Positions 57,113 to 64,000 of a stretch of DNA of 64,000 nt are shown piece by piece (the stretch's first letter is position 1; every line of letters starts with the position of its first letter). The notes below the pieces were generated by a model. It was not told the origin of the DNA and did not search any database. It worked only from the letters and a program-made list of their open reading frames with translations. The position numbers and the translations under genes are program-made. This DNA comes from Alphaproteobacteria bacterium (lineage in GTDB: Bacteria; Pseudomonadota; Alphaproteobacteria; GCA-2731375): contig CBDDPY010000002.1 in assembly GCA_965232515.1 (NCBI GenBank), positions 3,552,001 through 3,616,000 of the forward strand. The letters are read 5' to 3'.

Positions 57113-59721
57113 CCCAACGGTTGCCCCATTTGCAGCGTTTACGGCTATCGCGCCGTCCGATCGCCCGCCGGCTTATCGTTGCGGTCGTGCTGTTCAGTTC
57201 CTTCATCACGCTGATAACGACGGCGATACAGCTCTATCTCGACTACGAGCAGGGTATCGCGGAAATCGAGGACGAATTCGAACAGATCGTCGCCAGCAAC
57301 CTGGACAGCCTGATCAACAACGTATGGGTGTCGGACAGAGGTCAGGTCCAGACCCAGCTCAACGGCATGCTCAGCCTGCCGGACATCGAAGAGCTCACCA
57401 TCACCGTCGATGGGAATATCGAATGGTCGGCCGGGAAAGAACAGTCCGACAACTTCATTTCAAGGCAGTACCCATTGGTTTTCAGGTATCGCGATCAGGA
57501 CCTGACGATCGGGATACTGCAGGTCACGACGAGCCTCGACGCGGTCTACCAGCAATTATACGACAAGGTCCTGGTCATCCTGCTGGGCAACGGCGTCAAG
57601 ACCTTTCTGGTGGCGGGGTTTATCCTCGTCACGTTCCAATATCTGGTCACGCGTCATCTTCAGACGATCGCCGAGTATGTACGCGGATTTGGCGCCAGAC
57701 ATCCGATCGTGCCGTCGCTGACATTGGATCGTCGGCACAGCACGACGGCGGACGACGAGCTGGACGAGGTCGTCTCCGCGCTCAACCAGATGCAATCCGA
57801 CCTGAACAGCTCCCACGAAGCGCTCATCCTGACCAACAAGGCCATCGCCGGGGCCGACAGCGGGATCATGATCACCGACCCCCGGCAGGACGATAACCCG
57901 ATCGTCTACGCCAATCCGGCCATCGAGCGGATGACCGGATACGCCGCCGACGAGCTGATCGGACATAACCCCCGGATTCTGCAGGGACAGGATCGGGACC
58001 AGCCGGCCCTGGAGGAAATCCGCCAGGCATTGGCGGCGAGGCGGCCGGTTCAGGTCGTGCTGCGCAACTACCGCAAGGACGGCTCGCTTTTTCTCGATGA
58101 AATCCAGATATCGCCGGTATTCAGCGACGCCGGCGAACTGACCCACTTCGTCGGCATCCAGCACGATATCACCGAGCGCCGACGCTCGGAGGAGCAGCTT
58201 CGGGAGAGCGAAGAACGTCTGCGCTCGGTGCTGCAGACGGTACCGGACGCAATCGTCACGATCGACGAACTGGGGACGGTCGAATCCTTCAGCCCCCACG
58301 CGGAAACGATGTTCGGTTACGCCGCCGTCGAGGTGATCGGCCAAAACGTCCGAATGCTGATGCCGCCACCCATGCGCGACGAGCATGACCGGTATCTTGC
58401 CCGCTATCGGGACACCAAGGAGAAGCGGATCATCGGCACCGGCCGGGAGGTGAACGGCCAACGCAAGGATGGTTCGATATTCCCGCTCAATCTGGCCGTC
58501 AACGAAATGCAACTCGGTGGACGCCTTATGTTTACCGGTTTTCTGCGCGACCTCACCGGCGAGAAGAAGCGCCTGGAAGAACTTCACCAGGCGCAGAAGA
58601 TGGAGGCGTTGGGTCAGCTCACCGGCGGTGTCGCCCACGATTTCAACAACCTGCTGACGGTCGTGCTGGGCAATCTGGAAATGCTCGAGATGCGCGCGGG
58701 CGAGGATGATCGTCTGCAACGCCTGATCCAGCAGGCCATGGAGGCCACCGAACTGGGCGCCGACCTGACGGGCCGATTGCTGGCCTTCGGTCGCCGCCAA
58801 CCGCTTGAACAGAAGGTATTGAACCTGAACGATGTCATCTTGACCACGTCGCAGATGCTGCGCAGCGCGGTCGGCGAAGCCGTGCAGATCAGCACCGTAT
58901 TGGCCAATGATCTCGGCGGCGTCGAGATCGATCCCAGCCAGTTCGAGAACGCGCTGTTGAACCTCGCTATCAACGCCGGCGACGCCATGCCCGACGGCGG
59001 ATCGCTGGTGATCGAAACCGCCAATGCCGAGATCGACGAGGTCGCCGCCGCCCAGTTGGAGGATCTGACGCCCGGCGACTATGTCTTGCTGTCAGTGAGC
59101 GACACGGGCACCGGCATGACGCCTGACGTGCGGGAGCGGGCCTTCGAACCATTCTTCACGACCAAGGGCGCCGGCACCGGTACCGGTCTCGGCCTCAGCA
59201 TGGTTTACGGATTCGCGAAACAATCAAACGGCCATGCCCTGATCTACAGCGAGGCCGGCGTGGGGACCAACGTGAAGCTGTATTTCCCGCGTGTCCGCGG
59301 TGACGCGAGGGGAACCACAACGGAGGCCTTGGCAACCGCGACGCCAGGAGGTCGGGGCGAGACCATCCTGGTGGTCGAAGACGATCAGCGCGTTCGGACC
59401 GTCACCCTGAGCCGTCTGGCGGAACTCGGTTATCGGACGATCGAGGCCGAGGATGGCCCGACCGCCCTGACGCTGCTGGATCAGGGCATAGCGGTCGATT
59501 TGATTTTCACCGATATCGTCATGCCGGGCGGACTGTCCGGGATCGACCTGGCCGAGGCCGCGGACCGGCGCCGGCCCGGATTGAAGATATTGTTCACCTC
59601 CGGCTATGCCGAACCGGCCGTGCTCCGGGATCATGCGCAGATCGATGCGGCCAGCCTGCTGCGCAAGCCCCACAGCCTTGCGGAATTGGCAGCGAAGGTC
59701 CGGCAGGCCTTGGACAGGTAA
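57109..59721 (+). CDS. Hybrid sensor kinase: periplasmic domain-HAMP-LOV-like PAS (Cys>Pro)-FixL-like heme PAS-HisKA-HATPase-REC
   Basis: [13 protein letters not shown]...[10 protein letters not shown]...NYRKDG; TVPDA...[10 protein letters not shown]...EHDRYLARY...RIIGTGR; AHDFNN; REC domain with DIVMPG. Confidence 0.92.
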   Translation: MTQRLPHLQRLRLSRRPIARRLIVAVVLFSSFITLITTAIQLYLDYEQGIAEIEDEFEQIVASNLDSLINNVWVSDRGQVQTQLNGMLSLPDIEELTITVDGNIEWSAGKEQSDNFISRQYPLVFRYRDQDLTIGILQVTTSLDAVYQQLYDKVLVILLGNGVKTFLVAGFILVTFQYLVTRHLQTIAEYVRGFGARHPIVPSLTLDRRHSTTADDELDEVVSALNQMQSDLNSSHEALILTNKAIAGADSGIMITDPRQDDNPIVYANPAIERMTGYAADELIGHNPRILQGQDRDQPALEEIRQALAARRPVQVVLRNYRKDGSLFLDEIQISPVFSDAGELTHFVGIQHDITERRRSEEQLRESEERLRSVLQTVPDAIVTIDELGTVESFSPHAETMFGYAAVEVIGQNVRMLMPPPMRDEHDRYLARYRDTKEKRIIGTGREVNGQRKDGSIFPLNLAVNEMQLGGRLMFTGFLRDLTGEKKRLEELHQAQKMEALGQLTGGVAHDFNNLLTVVLGNLEMLEMRAGEDDRLQRLIQQAMEATELGADLTGRLLAFGRRQPLEQKVLNLNDVILTTSQMLRSAVGEAVQISTVLANDLGGVEIDPSQFENALLNLAINAGDAMPDGGSLVIETANAEIDEVAAAQLEDLTPGDYVLLSVSDTGTGMTPDVRERAFEPFFTTKGAGTGTGLGLSMVYGFAKQSNGHALIYSEAGVGTNVKLYFPRVRGDARGTTTEALATATPGGRGETILVVEDDQRVRTVTLSRLAELGYRTIEAEDGPTALTLLDQGIAVDLIFTDIVMPGGLSGIDLAEAADRRRPGLKILFTSGYAEPAVLRDHAQIDAASLLRKPHSLAELAAKVRQALDR

Positions 59722-59733
59722 TCACCGGGACCG

Positions 59734-60471
59734 TTACCGGCGCACCACCTGCGGCGTGAAGACGTAGCCGACCCCGCGCACGGTCTTGATCCACACGGGC
59801 TTCGCCGGGTCGGGCTCGATCTTGCGCCGCAGTCGGCCGATCTGGGTGTCGACGGCGCGGTCGTAGGGCGTCCATTCCCGCCCCTTTGCCTGGTCCATCA
59901 ACTGGTCGCGGTTCAAGACCTTGCCGGCATTTTCGACGAACACGCGCAACAGCTCATACTCGCCCGTCGTCAGATCGATTGCCGTGCCATCGGCGTTGTG
60001 CAGCGTGCGCCGCGCCGGATCGAACCGCCAGCCATCGAACTCGAGGCAGGCTGTCGCCATCGCGTTCGTCGCTGCCGACGGCGGCTCGCTCTCGCTGCCC
60101 GGCATGCAGCGGCGCAGCACGCTGCGGATGCGCGCCAGCACCTCGCGCAGATGGAAGGGTTTGGCGATATAATCGTCGGCGCCGATTTCCAGGCCGACGA
60201 TGCGGTCGATCACGTCGCCTTTACCGGTCAGCATGATGATCGGCACGTTGGTGTCCCGCCGCAATTCCCGCGCCAGGGTCAGCCCGTCATCGCCGGGCAT
60301 GACCAGGTCGAGCAGCACGATATCGACGCCGCTTTTCGCAATCACCGCGCGCATATCGTCGCCGCCGGCGGCGAGCGAAACCTGGAACCCCTCGCCGCTC
60401 AGGAACTCGCGCAGCATTTCACACACGCGCGGGTCGTCGTCGACCACTAAGACATGAGCGTCCTGACGCAT
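59734..60471 (-). CDS. OmpR-family response regulator (FxkR-like)
   Basis: VVDDD, LDLVMPG, GADDYIAKPF, winged helix DRAVDTQIGRLRRKIE, TVRGVGY. Confidence 0.92.
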   Translation of the reverse strand: MRQDAHVLVVDDDPRVCEMLREFLSGEGFQVSLAAGGDDMRAVIAKSGVDIVLLDLVMPGDDGLTLARELRRDTNVPIIMLTGKGDVIDRIVGLEIGADDYIAKPFHLREVLARIRSVLRRCMPGSESEPPSAATNAMATACLEFDGWRFDPARRTLHNADGTAIDLTTGEYELLRVFVENAGKVLNRDQLMDQAKGREWTPYDRAVDTQIGRLRRKIEPDPAKPVWIKTVRGVGYVFTPQVVRR

Positions 60472-60569
60472 GGTGGTCCGGATTTCCGTTGTCCCCAATG
60501 GACCCTTTGGACATCGCGACGCGCCTCTGTCGCCCCAATAAAGGCGCATCGTCCGTCCGCGACGAGTTT

Positions 60570-60595
60570 GTCACAGACTGTCACATTCCGTCACC
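60570..60595 (+). promoter_or_regulatory. K-box-like triple direct repeat (OmpR-type site) upstream of fixK
   Basis: GTCACA-GACT-GTCACA-TTCC-GTCACC, 10-bp period. Confidence 0.7.
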
Positions 60596-60700
60596 CGTTG
60601 CGGCAAAGAACCGCAGCGGCCGACAACTTTCCGTGACACGGCATGCCTAACGTTCCCCTCAGACAACCGGCAACCAGGCCGCGAAAGAGGGAGATCGGCT

Positions 60701-61423
60701 ATGCAGGGTTTGGCGCTTTCCACGAACCCCGGTGGTTATCCTGCTTCTGGTGCAAACGCGTTCGCCAATCTGGCCGAAAAGGACCGTCACAAGCTGGCGA
60801 CGGTCACCAACATCGAGACCGCGCAGGCCGGCGAAACACTGTTCTACGAGGGCGACCCCGCCAGCCACCTGATCGAGGTCATCGAGGGTGTCGTCAAGCT
60901 CTACAAGCTGTTGCCCGATGGCCGCTGCCAGATTACCGGCTGGATATTCCCCGGCCAGTTCGGCGGATTGACGCCGGTCGGGACCTACGGCCAGTCGGCG
61001 GAAGCCGTCACGGACGTGCGGGTCTGCCGCTACAATCGGGCCCAGCTCGACCGGCTGGTCGACAATATGCCGGGTCTGGGACGTCGATTGCTCGACATTA
61101 CCTGCAACGACCTGGCCTCGGCGCAGAATCAGATCCTCTGGCTCGGTCGCAAGACGGCCATGGAGCGGGTGGCGTCGTTCCTGTTGCACCTGTCCGACCA
61201 GGCCGAACGCCGCAACGAAGACCCGACGGCCCTGCATCTGCCGATGCGGCGCTGCGATATCGCCGACTATCTCGGCCTGACGCTGGAAACCGTCAGCCGC
61301 ATGTTCTCACGTCTTCAGGCCATGCGCGTTATCAAGATCAGCGCTCAGGGACGCGATGTACGGGTCGACATCAACCGGCTCGCCGATCTGGCGGAAGGTG
61401 ACGAAGAGATCAGACTGCATTGA
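60701..61423 (+). CDS. fixK: Crp/Fnr family regulator, FixK-like (no N-terminal Fe-S Cys cluster)
   Basis: LLPDGRCQITG, LGRKTAMERVASFL, LPMRRCDIADYLGLTLETVSR. Confidence 0.85.
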   Translation: MQGLALSTNPGGYPASGANAFANLAEKDRHKLATVTNIETAQAGETLFYEGDPASHLIEVIEGVVKLYKLLPDGRCQITGWIFPGQFGGLTPVGTYGQSAEAVTDVRVCRYNRAQLDRLVDNMPGLGRRLLDITCNDLASAQNQILWLGRKTAMERVASFLLHLSDQAERRNEDPTALHLPMRRCDIADYLGLTLETVSRMFSRLQAMRVIKISAQGRDVRVDINRLADLAEGDEEIRLH

Positions 61424-61512
61424 AGCAATTGAGTTCGCTTGTTTCTGACCATCCACCGCCGGCAATCGACACGCAGCGGCAATGAGGGAGCGCTTGGAGT
61501 GCGCGTAGGGAG

Positions 61513-62052
61513 TTGGCAACGACAGCGACCAAACAACGGTATGCGGTCGCGCCTTTTTCGAGCGGCGACGGCCTGAGTCAGGCCTTCAACGCCTGGCAGT
61601 CGGCCAACCTGCCGAGGAATGGCTTCACCCTGATCGGCAGCCAGCCGCGCGTTGAAGACCTGCTCGGCCTTCGCCTGCTACCGCTGACGCCTGTCTCGGC
61701 CAAATTGCAGCCAGAGATCCGGCAGCCGGCGACCTTCAGTTGGCCGCCGCAAATCATCGATGCGCCGATGACGCGCCTGGGCATGGTCGGCAACGACGGT
61801 CGGCTGGTCGCCTCGGGGGGACCGTTCGCGGACTACCTGCTCGCCAGAATGCCCCAGGACGTCACGCGTTTCGACGCGCTTGCCGGTCAATGGCTGCCGC
61901 AAAGGTTCGCCACCGACCTGTCGAACCATCTCGACAACGGCGCCGTCCTGTTGTGGGCCGCCCTCACCGACAACAGTGTCGAGCACCAGGGTTGCCAAGC
62001 CATGCTGCAGCATTGCGACGGCACCATGCAGGTCCACGATCTGATCGACTGA
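61513..62052 (+). CDS. Hypothetical protein
   Basis: Open frame with TTG start downstream of fixK; protein-like composition. Confidence 0.55.
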   Translation: MATTATKQRYAVAPFSSGDGLSQAFNAWQSANLPRNGFTLIGSQPRVEDLLGLRLLPLTPVSAKLQPEIRQPATFSWPPQIIDAPMTRLGMVGNDGRLVASGGPFADYLLARMPQDVTRFDALAGQWLPQRFATDLSNHLDNGAVLLWAALTDNSVEHQGCQAMLQHCDGTMQVHDLID

Positions 62053-62065
62053 GCGCTAAGCCCGG

Positions 62066-63337
62066 CTATGGAAATGGTGTAAATGCCAACCCGGCCGCGG
62101 CGGCAAGCATGCTGGGGCCGAGCGTCAGCAGCAGCAGGCCACCCAGCCGGCGCCCGCCAACGGCGGCGGCAATGCCGTTCTTCACCGCCGTGTTGGCGAT
62201 CGCCGCCAGAGCAATGCCGGCCGCGGCGATCGGCAGCAGGCCGTCTTCGCCGGTCATCCGCGCCAACGACAGGGTGATGGCGTCGACGTCGCTGACGCCG
62301 CCGATGGCCGCGGCGACATAGACGCCGGTCTCGCCCAGCCAGGCCTGCATGGCCCTGGTGAACAGGATGATCCCCGCGAGCAGCGCGCCGAACTTGAGCG
62401 CCATGGCCAGTTGCAACGGGTTCCGCGGCGTCAGGGTCGAGGCCGGCTCGGCCGGCTCGGTCGGCTCGGCGCGCCGCCAGAGGATCGACGCACCGAGCAA
62501 TCCGGCCAGTGTCGCCAATCCCAGCGGCCAGGCAAGATGCGGCGCCAGCGCCGGCGCGATCAACGAGGCGATCAGCACGGTGCGCGGAAACATGGTCAGC
62601 GAGGCGAGCGCGATGCCGGCGGCCAGCAGCCGGTCCTGCGCGCCGCTGCGCCCGGCCAGGCGCGCGAGCGTCAACGCGACCGAGGTCGAGGAGATCAGCC
62701 CGCCGGCAAGCGCCGTCAGCAGAATGCCGCGGCGGTCGCCGGCGATCTTGACGGCGGCGTAGCCGACGAACGAGATCCCGGCGATCAGGATCACCATCAG
62801 CCAGATCTCGTAGGGGTTCAACGCCTGCCACGGTCCGAAGCCGCGGTCGGGCAGCAACGGCAACAGCACCAGAGACATCACGCCCAGCTTCAGCCCCGCC
62901 AGCAACTCGTCATGCTCGATCCGGGTCAGCCAGCGATGCAGCTCCGGTTTGATGCCGAGCAGCACGGCGGTCACCACGGCGGCGCCGGCGGCGATGACGA
63001 CATCGCCGGCGACGGCGAGCGCGCCGAGCGCGAAGGCGATCATGGCCGCGACAACGGTGGTCACGCCATAATCCGGCCGCGCCGCCGTGGCGCGCAGTCG
63101 GGCGACCACGATCACGGCGGTGACGGCGATAAAGCCGAATCCCAGCAACAGCTCGCCGAGCACGTCGGCGAGGATCGCCCACAGGCCGCCCAGAAACCCG
63201 ACCAGGCCGAAGGTGCGCAGCCCGGCAACACGGGCGCCCTCCGGCTCGGTCCGCTCGTGCCAGCCGCGCTCGACGCCGATCAGCAGCCCGATGGCCAGCG
63301 ACAATCCCAGCCGATAGACCGGATCGAGCTGGTCCAC
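62066..63337 (-). CDS. MgtC/SapB family membrane protein with DUF4010
   Basis: GLLIGVERGW, AGLRTF, GVTT, NPYEIW, GGLISSTS, DVDAIT. Confidence 0.9.
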   Translation of the reverse strand: MDQLDPVYRLGLSLAIGLLIGVERGWHERTEPEGARVAGLRTFGLVGFLGGLWAILADVLGELLLGFGFIAVTAVIVVARLRATAARPDYGVTTVVAAMIAFALGALAVAGDVVIAAGAAVVTAVLLGIKPELHRWLTRIEHDELLAGLKLGVMSLVLLPLLPDRGFGPWQALNPYEIWLMVILIAGISFVGYAAVKIAGDRRGILLTALAGGLISSTSVALTLARLAGRSGAQDRLLAAGIALASLTMFPRTVLIASLIAPALAPHLAWPLGLATLAGLLGASILWRRAEPTEPAEPASTLTPRNPLQLAMALKFGALLAGIILFTRAMQAWLGETGVYVAAAIGGVSDVDAITLSLARMTGEDGLLPIAAAGIALAAIANTAVKNGIAAAVGGRRLGGLLLLTLGPSMLAAAAGLAFTPFP

Positions 63338-63361
63338 GGCGGTCAGACCGCTCCCGGTCGG

Positions 63362-63766
63362 TTAGAGATGACCCATCTCGAAGTCCTGGCAGGACAGGCC
63401 GAAGCGCGACAGGGCGTCTTCCAGATAGTCGGCCAGCAACGGGATACCCAGCAGGTACTGCGGCGCCTTCTCGTCGCGCACCTCGCGCGCCTGCTTCAGC
63501 GCGTCCTGCCAGTCGTCGACGGTATAGTCGCCGCGGCCCAGCCAGGTGAGCGCCAACAGTTCCTCCATCTCGTCGACATTGAGGTCGTTGAGGAAGCTCG
63601 TCAGTTCCTCGAACACCGGATCGTCGGGCGTGTCCTCCAGCACCGCGGCGAAGCCGTCATCCGCGGCGTCGGAACCGTCATACATGCCTTCCGGCGCTTC
63701 CTTGACATCGAACTCGCGCGCCTTGACCACGAGATAACAGACCTTGTCGGTGTTTATGTTCAGCAT
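63362..63766 (-). CDS. DUF3775 domain protein
   Basis: KAREFD, ALTWLGRGD, YLLGIPLLADYLE. Confidence 0.88.
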   Translation of the reverse strand: MLNINTDKVCYLVVKAREFDVKEAPEGMYDGSDAADDGFAAVLEDTPDDPVFEELTSFLNDLNVDEMEELLALTWLGRGDYTVDDWQDALKQAREVRDEKAPQYLLGIPLLADYLEDALSRFGLSCQDFEMGHL

Positions 63767-63805
63767 CGGCCCAACTCCTCGAACGAACCCCACAAATTCA
63801 CGTCA

Positions 63806-64000
63806 TCACATATCGACGGCGGCTTCGGGCGGCTCGGTTGCCTCGACCACGGCCGCTTCGGTCGTGATCAGCAAACCCGCGATCGACACCGCATCCTGCA
63901 GGGCGATGCGGACGACCTTCGCCGGATCGACGATCCCGGCCGCGACCAGATCGCAATAGGCTTCGTTCTGGGCGTCGAAACCGAAATGCGTGTCGTCCTG
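63806..64000 (-). CDS. groEL: Chaperonin GroEL, C-terminal fragment (gene continues beyond the window)
   Basis: Translated by hand: FGFDAQ...[30 protein letters not shown]...AAVDM*; absent from the ORF track because the start lies outside the window. Confidence 0.92.
   Translation of the reverse strand, partial: QDDTHFGFDAQNEAYCDLVAAGIVDPAKVVRIALQDAVSIAGLLITTEAAVVEATEPPEAAVDM

Overview
GC-rich alphaproteobacterial (Rhodospirillales-like) chromosomal window with about 60 genes and one tRNA-Gly(CCC). It contains no CRISPR array, integrase or transposase. Housekeeping blocks are apaG-trkH-argE, argD-argF-hslO, a thiolase/CoA-ligase run, MscS, KefB-like and ChaC. Accessory blocks are: (i) 0.5-7.4 kb, two paralogous secreted HdeA-like/peptidoglycan-binding proteins, a Nal1-like trypsin protease preceded by a free-standing copy of its own N-terminal domain, and a PEP-CTERM ExeM-type nuclease; (ii) an 883-aa polytopic membrane protein fused to a renalase-like flavoenzyme; (iii) a 1612-aa PEP-CTERM protein with a LuxR-type regulator; (iv) 51-64 kb, a probable low-oxygen island with acsA-pdhA-pdhB-pdhC-ACP (no E3), a binding protein plus hybrid kinase carrying a Cys-less LOV and a FixL-like heme PAS, an FxkR-like regulator with a K-box-like triple repeat upstream of fixK, DUF4010, DUF3775 and a variant groEL. 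The most notable non-coding observation is in the argD-argF leader: a 5-codon uORF (MIQRR*) whose tandem Arg codons form the 5' arm of an intrinsic-terminator-like hairpin, a candidate arginine-sensing attenuator. All calls come from reading the sequence by eye; no searches were run.
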